Origin: Lingula anatina
Lineage: Eukaryota > Animalia > Brachiopoda
Assembly (NCBI GenBank): GCA_051362555.1
Contig: CM120640.1
Location: 19,964,001 to 20,028,000 of the forward strand
Length of the DNA: 64,000 nt
Direction: 5' to 3'
Position 1 is the stretch's first letter; every line of letters begins with the position of its first letter. The position numbers were made by a program, and so were the translations under genes. Below, one piece after another: positions 26,138-38,964 of the stretch. The notes under the pieces are model-generated. The model did no database searches. It saw only the letters and a list, made by a program, of their open reading frames with translations, and was not told the origin of the DNA.

Positions 26138-27818
26138 ATTAACAGTCGCTTGAGGCAAGGTCACAATTCACTAGTTAGGAATGTGATGTGCTTTGCCTTC
26201 TTTACCTGCATGAGGTCCTTTTTTTCTACTCCTTGTTTTTTTTTTTAAGGGGAAGCCTAAACCTCAACTCAGAAGCAGGGCAGGAGTTTCACCAAGTAAC
26301 TTACTACAGCATATACTTTGGGGAGCCTCCTGTGCAAAAAGGCGTTAAGAAGACTATAACATCTGGGACACCACTGAGCTGTTTATGTTCAGCGCACATC
26401 ATGGGAAGATTTGGAGATAATACCTGCTTCTGGGGCACTTTTTATCAAAAATCCTCTTCCATTATCAAGCCTGGCATTTTACAGAGAAAGAGAGGGAGTA
26501 TGCAGTGCAGCAAAGGAAGCAGCCGTTGGCAAGATTTCTCTCTTCTCAATCATATGGCAGTGTTCCACTTTGTTTGGAAATTTCTACAGGAAATTTTCTG
26601 AGGGGAGTTCAACAGCATCTTGTGTATAAACAGTATGTCATCACTCAGCAGAATTCAAAGAAAAACTAAAATTATTCTCTCCTCCACATATTTTGGGATT
26701 GATTCTAAATTAAATACAAGTGCAGATGATAGTTTCCTTTCAATTTTCATCATAAAACAGTCATTTCCTAAATGAAATGAACATGAAAGATTGCTTCTCT
26801 ATGCAGAAGCTAAGTTGCAAAATGATTACTGCTGAAAAATCACTTTCATAAGGCTTTCAGGAAATTAGATTAGTTCTGACAGGAGCTGTGAATCCTGTTA
26901 TATTTGAAATGCAAATCACTTATCACACATTATTGACTTTTCTCACTCTGTCATAGAAAGAAATTCAACAAAATGCTGAAAAATTCTGTCCAAACTGTGA
27001 ACAATAACACCAGCTTTAACACTATGTATTTTCAAGAACAGCACATACTGGTATGCATACAACATGCTATTTTGATTTCAAATACTTAATAAATCTGACA
27101 AAAGAAAATACACCAAATTGATAAGTGACTTGACACAGAAATATTTAAGAATAACTTTTGTCAGCAGTGTCTGGAACAGCAGACATCTACAGTACATGTC
27201 ATATTTTATGACATCTAAAATTTCTGTCTTCCTTTCTTTCTGAAGTAAATTTCACTACAGCAGTTTCATTTCATCCAATAACATGTCGTCACAAAATGTT
27301 CAACCTGCCTGTGCATTTAACTTGCAGTTTAGTGTTTGATTGTTTGTGGCAGCACCAGCTGCTGTGGTCTTTAGGCTCATTGAGATTATTCAATTTTTTC
27401 AATGCCGTTTTTTATTACTTTTCTGAGACATGTTTTGTAGTATTCAGCCAAGTACTGCAATTAAAATGGATAATAAATGTTTATTTTTTACAGGGCATAA
27501 AATGAATATCAGACACGAAGATTTCTTTTTTCATAAATAGCAATACGGCAATTATAAGTTTTAAAAAGAACTAAATACTTAATAAATAACAAAACAGTTA
27601 TTGTTTATTTCACTAGTTAATAAAGTAAATGATATTTCAAAAAAAGAAAGAAGGAAAAAAGAAAAGAAAGAACGTCCATTCATAACAGAAACTGTTAAAG
27701 TTTTATTGACTTTTTAAGTACAAATATTAAATCTTTTCCAATCTGGCTATTTTTACTCCAGTATTTAATATAAAATAATACATTCAACTAGAAACTGCAA
27801 GGTCTGGGTAAAATCTTG

Positions 27819-28075
27819 AGGCTCATTCCCATAGAAACTATTGGTCTACATGGATCCATTCAACTCTGTGGAGGCTCTTACTATATGCAATCAGTTCAAC
27901 AGATTAAGGAGCCTTCTCTTGCTTCCAACGTTCTTGCATAATCACAAGATTTTCTGTATTCTACTCAATGCCAGGGGAAGGTGTGTTAATCTGTTAAATT
28001 GATTGCATTCAGCGAAGGTCCCCGCAGAGTTGGATCGAACTATGTAGACCTATGGTTTCAATTGGGAATGAGTCC
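27819..28075. mobile_element. PIF/Harbinger-type MITE, family B
   Basis: Long imperfect TIRs (AGGCTCATTCCCATAGAAAC... / ...GTTTCAATTGGGAATGAGTCC); flanks TTG/TTA; homologous to 35232-35454. Confidence 0.75.
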
Positions 28076-30554
28076 TTACATAGATTTCAAGCAGGAAATA
28101 AAGGCCAAGTAACACAAATAATGTCACTGCTTTTGCTAAATTAAGGATGTCAAGATCCCACCTTCCTGTTTAAATCATCTTCCAACCACAATGTTTTGTG
28201 TAATCTTCTTAAGATTCATAATCAGCACTTACAGCCAGGCCATGCTGACTTAATGAGGATTTCTGAGAATGCATACAGCTAGCTACACATACAAAGAAAA
28301 ATTATAATAAAATACATGGAATTTTCACATGAAACAACATTACAAATAGCAATGTGTGGGGATCTATAGATACAACTTTTGGTAACCTTACCCTTATTTA
28401 AAAATAGAAGTAAATCAGTTTACTTTGATTTTAACCTAATACGCCTTATTCTTATTTTGTAAATAATTTTAAATACACCAATAATATTTTTCTATTTCAG
28501 CAAAAAAAATAAATTAAACAATCAATCAGTTAATAGTGCTTTTCAATTAACTCACCCCTTGTTCTGTATCATTCAAGCTTTTCACTCAAAAACATATTCA
28601 TTTGAGCTGAAACATAATGTTAACATCAACTGCCATGGTTACTGACAGACTATTTTTACAAAACTTTCCATATACTTTTGACCTTATGAAGACTGATTGA
28701 CAAATGGTAGAAGGTCCAAATTTAGCTGAAGTTTTGTATTTAACCTTGAATGGTAGACAAGAAAGTAAAATTCTGTTTTTCTCATGGTTCAATGATACTT
28801 ATTACAGTCAATCCAGGTACAGAGGTCTGTACATTTTGTAGCTTTTGTTACAAAGTTTTAAAACAGTTCTGCTGATTTAGGTATTCATATTTTAAAAAGA
28901 CACAAAAACCATCAAAATATTTGCCTATATCAAGAAAACAATCATTTTACTTTCATTATTGGTTTTTACAATAAATTTCATGTTGGTAGTGCACCTGTTT
29001 GATTGACCACTGATTCATTGAACTTCATGTTATTAGGTCACCTTTTCAATTTCCTATGAACCTTAACATTTGGCTTAACCATTCTCAATCCTAAAAGCCT
29101 AGTTCTTTTAGATATCTAATTTACTTGAGAGCTCCAAACACAGCAAAACACGAATGCCTTATTTGCTTTCTGCATACACATGCATTTTATAGTTATTTCC
29201 TTTTATGACCAACCTGTTTGATTTGGTTCAACACCTATGAAAAGTCTGCTTGGGGAATTTGGTGATACAGAATTAAATTGACCTGTATGTGTGGCATACA
29301 GAATCGTTTCAAGATGGATGTACAAAAGGATTCGAGCTACAATTATTCTTAAGACATTTAACAAAAAAGTAATGGACACTCTTTATCAGGGATATGGATT
29401 TTATCTATTTTATCTTGTTACATAATGAAGAGTGTTTTAAAAAAACTTACATGAAATACAGCTCAAATTGTCTTGAGGCATTATTATTAAGAGGAAACAA
29501 TCCAATCCCCTAGTTCATTTAATTGCATTCAAGTAAGGTTGCATTTAGTCGTCCTTCCTCTTTGGACAATTACTTGCTGGTGAAAAGCCCATAGAAACCC
29601 ATTCAGCTGTGAAGATCCTGCAAGGCATTTTACTTTATGATGGTGGTATATTGGCAAATACAATCTTGCTAGGCTTCTCAAACCCATCAAAGCAATACAA
29701 CAATAAAGGTTGTACCATTAATGATGCTCTCTGCACAATTCAGGCCTGTGGAACACAAGAGGTAGACCATCAATCCTGTTTTCGATGGTGAGATACATCA
29801 CATCTGGACAATAAAGCTAAACTGAAGAATTAATTGAATCAGGGGATTTGTGTTGGTTATGTGAAGTATGAAGCTGGGTCAAGAAAACAGGTGTATAATG
29901 GAAGTTCAGACACCTTTTTAGCTGATGACTATAAGGACTATACTATACAGAATGCTAGATTGAATGAAAAAAAATGAAAATGTTTTCTAAAGAATGCAGT
30001 TTTTGAAATACACTCAAATGCTGCCTGGCCATTTATATTTTTCTATTAAGAACATTCATTTATACTTTTTAACATTTTAAGATAATTAGAACTTACTTAA
30101 AATCCATGGCAATATTGGAATATCCATTTATCAAGACCCTCATATGGTGTTAAGTTTGATGGAGACATTCTTCCTATAAATTTTCTTACATATTTATAAA
30201 TAACCCATTGCATGCAACTCTAAATCAGAGTAACAGAAGTTTATCACCTCTATCAGCCAAGATAATAAGGCACTAAATGTTCAACAATAAGGCTGTCATG
30301 TGTTATGATGAACTCTTGATTCATTAAAAAGCATTTCATTTCTTCATCAAAAGGTTTGAGGTACAACTATAATGGCAAGATCAAACAACAGAAGGAATCC
30401 ATTTCGCTGCACTGAAGCACGAGACAAATTGTCTTTTTAATCATTAATATATGCATCACAACCTCTTCCTCCCCTTAACAGAATCAAAACTGAAATAAAC
30501 AATTCAAAACAAATTCAATTAAAATACATAAATCTGCATCACAGGTATATCATA

Positions 30555-30767
30555 GGGTGCATTCCCATAGATTTTAGATCGATCTATCCCCGTGGGGAGT
30601 CTCACTAGATTACTGTCAGATAATCCGGCTTAAATGTCCATCCTGCCTACTGCAAGCTGTAAGGGGGTTATTAACTTATGTGCCTGCTCGGCTGACAGCT
30701 ATTTGGCATGAACCCCCAGGGGTTAGGTCGATCTAGTTGGATCGATCTAATCTCTGGGAATGGGGTC
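30555..30767. mobile_element. PIF/Harbinger-type MITE, family A (213 bp)
   Basis: Ends GGGTGCATTCCCATAGATT / AATCTCTGGGAATGGGGTC; 3-bp TSD ATA; closely similar to the copies at 57007 and 60566. Confidence 0.85.
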
Positions 30768-31777
30768 ATAAATATCAAGTCAAATAATTTAAACAGTTCA
30801 TCAAGATCTGCAGGAGCTGCATCTTTTGGAAATAACTATACTCATTAGTATTGACTATAGCTAGTTATTACACAAATCAAATAATCCCTTTGGTTTTTCA
30901 TATTCACTATTTTGCTAAGTATGAAAGATATACAAACATACTCTGCGGTGCAGATCCTCTCAATTTTTCCCTTATACCTTTCACCATCATGCTTTACAAA
31001 CTGTTAAAAAGTCAAGTGATTATCAAGCATTGAAAACTACTGAAGATCCATCAACTTGACTGCCAAAAAAGCCACCCTAAAATAACTTGTGTGGCATCTA
31101 CTGTGAAAATACTGTGAAAATCATGCATATATAAAAGCGACACTGACCAGCAGCCCAAGCATTGTCTTGCCATTTTGAGAGGGGATCACAATTCTTCCTA
31201 GTTCTGTGTTCCGTGACTAAAAGAGGGATAAACTTGTTTTGAGCATTTTTATACATAGTGTTCCACGTAAACAATAGATCTTCAATTTTTTCTGGCTTAT
31301 CTGAAGTGAAAAGTATTTACATTTAAACAGAGAGCATCATGTGAAGGCAAAGGATAAGACAAAACCCTAACACTCTGAACACTGCAAAAAGTTTTTTCTC
31401 CAGGATCCAGACAGGTTGAAAATTAATTTCAAACCTTTGGACGCATACTTCAGCACGCTCGGACTAGTCACTGCATTTTATCAATGACCTAAGTATTGCA
31501 GTGTACATTACACTTGTTGATTTCCTCTGGCGTAATCGATGCAATGGCAATAAGTACAAAAACAGCGGCTAAATCTATAGAATACCGATAATCTCCAAAA
31601 ACACACCCTGATCATGTGCAAGCCTTGTGCACTCTTAAGACATGTATATTAACTACAGAGTCGGCGTTCGTGTCTCTTACTGACACCTCAAATTTCACAA
31701 CACGTTTGACCCAGTTTACAAATACAGTAGCTGCAATGGGGGGGACTCCCTAGATACCACATTATTTACAAACTTAC

Positions 31778-32190
31778 CAGTTACAAAGTTGTCATATGCT
31801 GCCTGTTTAGTATGAGCTTTAACGCTCTCTTGCGAGGTATTCACTTTCTAGCTGAATCCAGGTTGTAAAGTTGTAGTAGTAAGTGCAGTCTCCTTCCCTC
31901 ACTTCGCCATTCACAATGCACTAATGCATGCTGGGAAACTAAGCTCACGCGGAAGGGAATTCCCGTAATTAGGTCACTAAATATAGAGCATGAAATCTGA
32001 TCTAGATGCATACAAATCAAGTACAATTCTATCGCATTTTCTCAAAACAGACAGAGCCTAATCTCGTATAGTATTACACGGCAATTGAAAGGGCATTTAA
32101 CAATGGGGCTTTCCCCGTCAATCAAGGGGCAATGTATAGTTGACGTAGTTCGCGTGCCTGTAGTAGTACGTACGTTTGTTTCCGATGATT
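31778..32190 (-). promoter_or_regulatory. Candidate promoter and non-coding first exon of the unidentified minus-strand gene
   Basis: Local CpG enrichment (31.4-32.2 kb) and a consensus donor CTG|GTAAGT at 31778/31777, oriented towards the 13.3-kb exon. Confidence 0.4.
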
Positions 32191-33342
32191 TTCATTTATT
32201 TTTGAGAGTGGAGGACGTTATTTCTACAAAATGAAAAAATCACATGAAAAGTTTTGCCTCTTTTTTGTTTTAAGCAGATAAGCCAGATTTACATGCCATG
32301 AGTAACATAACCTTTATTTTCAGTTAATAGTAACGATATTCGTGACTGATTCTTCCTTTGTGCACTACATGTACAGTAGTCTTTGTTAGACTATTTTCCC
32401 GAGGCGTGTACATGTATTTAGTGAAAATACAAGAAATTCACGCAATGAAAAAAGTAGTAATAGAAATGTATATTTACAATAACTCATTGGACGGTGTAAG
32501 GTGTATCAGATTTTTAACCCAAGAAGGCAGAATTATAAAAAAATTGTTAAGATTGCCAGAAAAGAAAACTAACATTACATTTCCACAATTACTTTACAGG
32601 TACATGTACTAATACTAGTAGATTATAGTTGCAAAAGATGACGCTTACACTAAAGATTTTATTGCATTAATTCAAAATACTTTATCCAATCATCCCTGAT
32701 GAATAATACATTATCATCTCTAAAATGAGCTTTTGCACCCATTCTTGAAATTATGAGACACTGTTCCTATTCTATGAATATTACAACTGATGAAAATTTA
32801 TATTAATGTCAATACCATATACTGTTTATCAAAAAATAAGTGTTTCTTCTAATTTTGTGGAACAATAAAAACCATTTTGCCTACCAGTTTGAAAATACAT
32901 ACTGTAAGTAACTGAGATATGAAGCAAAAGTCTTGCTCAGTCTATAACTAACTTCCTAATTTTCTTTGAAGCACATTTAAGATAATAGCTCATAGTTGGC
33001 TCAGTGATACTCATAGATTGTTTAATTTCAAAGAGTTACTTGTCAACTATATATCAATTACATAAATTAAATCAGCTGCTGACACAATTCATGAATACTG
33101 TATGTTAACCTACTGGAAATTAAAATGTCATAAATTAAAATACTGGAAATTAAAATGTTCAAATGTCTATGTAAAGAAAAAATTTACCATGGATTATTAC
33201 TGAATCCCAAGGTTTATTTACAAATGCATACAAAGTTGCATATAGTTTCATATCTGTAAGTTTTTTTTTATCAAATCAAATCTCCTGAGTGTATTTTTTT
33301 ATTTTTATTATTATTATTTTTGTAAAATGAGCGTCTTCACGA

Positions 33343-36300
33343 CTACATCCTGAACATTGGTTCTGTAGCTTCACTGGAAGGAGGAAGTGGTCCACTGACA
33401 ATGTCCAAGCACTGTCCCAGTACCTGTAACATAAAACAGAAATAAATAATAAAATTTATGCAGTTATGTAAATAATGGTGTAAGATATCTGTTTAAAAGA
33501 TACTGGACTCCTTATCTGAAGTCGTACATGTAAAAAGCATAAACAATCCAAACAAACACCAAAGATAAGTATAAATCTTTCTTTATTATTCACCTATACA
33601 TGTAGTTGTTTTAAAAATAAGTATCAGTATCAAAATGCATTGCAGGATTGTATTTTCTTGTTTAAATTGATCATCTTCAAAGGTAACATTTAAATGAGAT
33701 GCCCAAAGGATTTGTTTTCAACATCTTGAAGAGTGTAGCAAAGAGTGATCACCTTTCTTGAGTTCTGAGGTAAAATGATTCCATCATCCCATAATCTGGA
33801 TGATGAATATAATGCTGACATTTTGGAGAGGACCTTTTCCTTTACTGATGCCTCCTGCTCTTTGGTAAGATCTGCTGCTGGCAACTAGAGTATAAAGTAT
33901 CAAACTGATAAGTAAATATGTAAATTATTTAAGTAAAAGCCAACCTTAATTGAGGTGCGCTGTAATTTTTAGTTTATCAGAGACCAATAAACACATATAA
34001 CTGTGATCACACAAGCATAAATATATACAAACTGCTGAAAAAAATTACACTAGTAAAATAATTGAGCCAGAATTATAACAATCTGGTGAAATGAAATCAC
34101 ATCTCTCCCTTTCAATATGTCAAATTGAATAATTGTCATTTAAAAACAGTCTAATGTAAATGTGAGCCCTGTACAAGATTGAATGAGTTCTAACAAACCT
34201 CTGTACCCCTTTAAAATAGTTGGCAAAAAGGCATAAATGCAATAACATCACTTTTCAAAGAAAATACCATAGAATTTCTCAAGGAAACCCACAGAAATGC
34301 CAATTATTCATAAACTACCACATACGTCCCAATGATGTATAAACTAATTTTTAAATGTTTGTTTAAGCAATGTTTGCTTCCAAGCACTCCCTGTGTAATT
34401 TATAAGTATGAATTAGTGTACTATGTCTTATTCTGCTTACCTGGGTGACAGTGTTATTCAGTAGGTACTCCTCATTCTGTATACCAATAGATACCGTGGG
34501 CCACACAAAAAGAAAGTTGGGATCCATTGCACGACCAGCCTAAAAAACACAAAATTTTTGTGCAATCTCAACATTTACTTTAAGCATGATATGCTTTTCC
34601 TTCTGTGTGTCTTCTGTAAATTTGTGAACTTTCATCAAACTTAAAACTGACATTCATCTTTGTAGAAAATTAATACAGTTTTTACAGACAAAATACTCAG
34701 GCCTTACTATCAACATAATAAATCGTCCTTAAAAGAAAGAAATATTGAAAATATATTATTTACCATAATTCTGGATAAAAGCAATTTTGGAACAGAGTTT
34801 AATGTAAAAACCACCAAAACATGCCTTACCATCATGTAGTTTTCTGCTCCATAGCTCTGTCTCATTATCACAGTTATTTTGGGCACACTGACCACAGCCA
34901 CTGCAGTTAGCAGTCTAGACTGACATTTCAGGGCACTTCCACCCGCCTCATCTATACAATAAAAATATACCAGCAAACATATACATAATCAAGGAGAAGA
35001 ATGGGTGGTACTTTTTTGTCATTCTCTTTGCTTTCCCCCCCCCCCCCCTCCCCCCAGCACACTCCAAAGAAAACTCCTAGACGGTTTGACATAAATAAAA
35101 AAACACATATGAAATGCAGTTTTTTTTAACAAGTGCTATTAAGTTTAAGAATCTAAATTTGTCTAGACAAGCACTTACTCAAATTTTTTCCAAAACTGTT
35201 ATGTTTACCTTTGTGGGCCCAAGAATATCTAATTGCTCAACCCCATTGAAACTATCAGTCTACATAGATCAATCCAACTCCACGGGGACTGCCTCCTTTT
35301 GTTTCCAAAATACTCTTGAAATAACCAGCTCTTTGGTATTCTACATAATGCCAAGAAAAGACATGTTAATCTGTTAAACTGATTGCTTTCAAGGAGAACC
35401 CCCACGGAGTTGGATCGATCTATGTAGACTGAAAGTTTCAATGGGAATGAGCCCTGAAGTTAGTTTATAGGAATGTAATATCATGAGTTTAAATTTCACT
35501 GACCTATATTTGTTTCTGAACTGAAATCCCCAGATCCTGTATCTTGGAAGAAAATCAATGGGATTTTCCTTTCATCACACATACGAACAAAGTGTGCCCC
35601 TTTTGCTGCTTCTTGCTCACTAAGTGGACCATCATTTGCAACAATTCCAACCAAATGCCTGAAAATTGTATTTAAGAAATATAGTAGGATTTCCATAAAA
35701 TATAAGAGAGTTTTTTGTCATTTTCTTATTAATTACAAATGAAATAAAATTTAGTTATAAAGTAGATATACCATTTTACACTACAACTAAAAAAAAAAGA
35801 TGGTTATAAAAATTGTACACTAGTGTTTTTCAAAAAGTTTACTTTTCTGTTAATATAATTCTAAGAAACATGCATTTTTAATGACAGTACCCATGTATGT
35901 GAGAAAACCCTGTCTTCAAAGAGCAGCCAAATTTAGCTTTGAATTCATGAAATCTGCTTCCATCCACAATTCTAGCCAGAATCTGTAATTCAAATGCTCT
36001 TCATATTAACATATATATTTTGTAAACTGTTTTGTATTTCAGAAAGCATATTTAAGGGGTTTTCTCAAGACTTCATGAATTTTGATATAAGACATGAAAC
36101 AACAAAATAAGAACCAAACTCACAAAGTAAAGAAGTCTTTGGATGGAAACATCACAATAGGCATACAAAGGATAAAGGATGTTCTGTTATGAAAATTTCA
36201 ACCCTATCAATCCACCAAACGATGGACTAATCAAACCATCCAGCCATTACCTTAGTGATGTCTAGAGACTTTGTGAGATCTGACGGTACCAGGCCTGGCA

Positions 36301-38048
36301 GCTCCTCAGGGCTGAACTGTGGCTCTTCATAACTGGAGTGTCCAAGTCTGTCTGGGATGTTTAGGCTTGCTACTATGTCCCTGCCATACTCCAGACCCTC
36401 CTCTTCTGTGTGGGCAAAGTAGTCTGTGCAGCCACTTACACTGGAATAAAATACTTCAACTTATTACATGATAAATTATTAAAGACTTAGGGTTGGGGGG
36501 GAGGGGGGGCAAAATAATACATCAAGTATTAATTAAGAACATTGGCAAAACTTTCACCCATCTCATAGGTTAATTGCCATGTGAGACGTTGATAGAAATA
36601 ATATTCTACATAAAAATCATTTTACAATTTCCACATTTTAGCATCATCTTTAATTCATCTAGAGTCTTGTTTTCATTTAAGACATTTCCACTAGAATTTT
36701 GACAATGACCCAATGATTTATTTTGAGTTACAAATAGAAAACCATTGTTAATTTTTTCTTTATATCATTATAATTAAATCAATATCTCTTTTTAGACACA
36801 AAAGTATTATATCTTCATGAATCAAGAAAATCATAAGGGCTACAGAACATTTCAGCTGTCTACAACAAATGCCTCACTTGGTCAATCAAATCAGCCAATG
36901 TAATTTTTTTTTTCGTTTGTTGGTTCTGTTTTCATAATAATGAAATTTTGAACTGTTCAATTCCTACACTAACTGAAAGCAAACCTGTAAAAGATTTGTC
37001 CCAATGGAAGCTTATCATTATGAGTAACATTACTACACAGATCAATTTCCATCAGAATGCTTTCTTTTACCTGGAGTGTAATTCTGCCCCACCCAGTTCC
37101 TCTGTAGTGACCACCTCCCCTGTGGCAGCATGCACTAGGGGTGGACCACCCAGGAAGATATGTCCAATCTTCTGTACTATCACAGTCTGGTCTGACATGG
37201 TAGGAATGTAAGCACCTCCTGCTGTACAGCTACCACATACAACAGCTATCTGGAGAGGAAGGTTAAGAAAGAAAATATAATAATATGCTCAGATCTTAAT
37301 GCCAAAAAATAATTTGCCTAAAAAAAAATTCATGTGTTTTATAGTGGTCAGGAAATTGCAGGCAGAACTTAGGCATTGCTTTATTCCTAAAACCTATTAA
37401 TGTTTATAGTAACCATGGAGTCATGTGATATGTACATGTACATGTATACGTACTCATAAAATATCCACATATACTACAACTAGCTTTCATTCGAAAACTT
37501 ATTTTGTTATAAAAAGGACATTTAAAGTATTGAACTTTATGACAAAATGCTGTTTATGAAATATTTTATAAACTTTCATATATCAATATAAGCAATAAAA
37601 CGCCATTCAAAAATAAATTCAAGTGGAGATTTATCTTTGTTATGAATTGTTTGTCCTAGCAATAAGAGCAAAGGTAACTGCTTGAACTTTTTCACCTGTG
37701 GAATCCCCTTGGCTCCCATTATAGCCATGTTATAAAAAACACGTCCACCATGATGCTGATCAGGAAATATCTCTGCCTGTGAGGGAGAAGAAAGCAAATA
37801 AATATATATGGGTTTTTTCTACAAGCACTGCTTCTCAATCTTATAAATAAACAAACTTTTAAAATTCATTCAAAATTCCAAAATTTCCTACAAATTATTT
37901 TATCAACCTACTTTTTTCTCAACATGTTGCTCATAAAAATATGCTAACAATTATTTGAGCCAATAAAATAAAAATTTTTTATGCTAAGGCACGTAAATGT
38001 ATAAATTGCTCGATCATGGCCTGCATGATTAAATTCAATCCATCTTCT

Positions 38049-38101
<53 letters not shown>

Positions 38102-38964
38102 GACAGCTATAGGGCAGTATCTTGCCTGCAATGGTAGAAAGGCTCCACCACTATCAACCAAATAGATACATGGAAGGCGATTTTGCTCAGCAATAGCCTG
38201 ACTTCGCAGCTGTTTTTTAACTGCTATGGGATAAAGTGTTCCTCCTTTCACTGTCGCTTCATTTGCTAAGATCATGCAATGCTTGCCATGGACTTTACCA
38301 ATACCTGTCAATAAAAAATAACTATTTTATCATTTGACTTTTCTAATTTTACATTAATAATTTTTGCCATTAAAATCATCACATTCAGTTAAGTTTTTAA
38401 TATTATACTGGAAAGTTTGTTATCAAATTGTATCATTAAAAAAAAGAATTATTAATCATCATTGCATACTGTAGTTGTGAATATTTCTTAATAGCATTAA
38501 TTACAGTCTTTTTGTTCAGCAAAAAATAAGAGTCCCTTAGGTTTGAGCTTTAAGTTCAAAACATTAAACCATAAGACAATTGAGCAAGCACCTGCAATAA
38601 TGCCACCTCTGGGGACATCACCATACTCCATGCGCATTCCACATAAAGGAGACAACTCAAGAAAGTCACTGTCATCATCCAACAGTAACTTGATGCGATC
38701 TTTGGCTAACAGTTTCTTGTTGCGTTTTACATGCCTCTCCACAGCTTTTTCACCACCACCAGCATGAGCAACTTTTAGAACGTCCAGGTAGGTCTTCTCT
38801 ATGAGTTTGTTGTGTTGTAAGTTGGCGTCAAATTCCTGAGTACTGCTGTCTATTTTGCCATCCAAAATGCGCGAAAAGGCTATCCGCGTATTGTTACGCG
38901 TTGCGCCCTTTAATACTGTTGATCTATATAGTCTAGTTGCACAAAATCTGCATTTCGAAAACAT
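33343..38964 (-). CDS. Mitochondrial 3-methylcrotonyl-CoA carboxylase beta-like carboxyltransferase (divergent MCCC2 paralog), 11 exons, 560 aa
   Basis: Exons: 38964-38592, 38304-38126, 37776-37696, 37249-37071, 36440-36251, 35982-35891, 35658-35504, 34951-34830, 34539-34441, 33884-33753, 33423-33343 (1683 nt; all phases consistent; intron 2 is GC-AG). Motifs: [59 protein letters not shown]-terminal FRM*. The Arg-rich, acid-free N-terminus suggests a mitochondrial presequence. Confidence 0.92.
35232..35454. mobile_element. PIF/Harbinger-type MITE, family B, in intron 7 of the MCC-beta-like gene
   Basis: Inverted arms CCCATTGAAACTATCAGTCTACATAGATCAATCCAACTCC / GGAGTTGGATCGATCTATGTAGACTGAAAGTTTCAATGGG. 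Confidence 0.8.
38053..38097. repeat. (CA)n microsatellite in the GC-AG intron
   Basis: Direct reading. Confidence 0.95.

Noticed and set aside
26188-26629. 137-aa and 72-aa plus-strand ORFs
   Set aside because: Non-ATG starts, homopolymer-derived residues, no recognisable domain.
38543-38767. Antisense ORFs over carboxylase and POLD1 exons (also 36948-37211, 42286-42489, 44314-44607)
   Set aside because: Shadow frames of real exons on the opposite strand.
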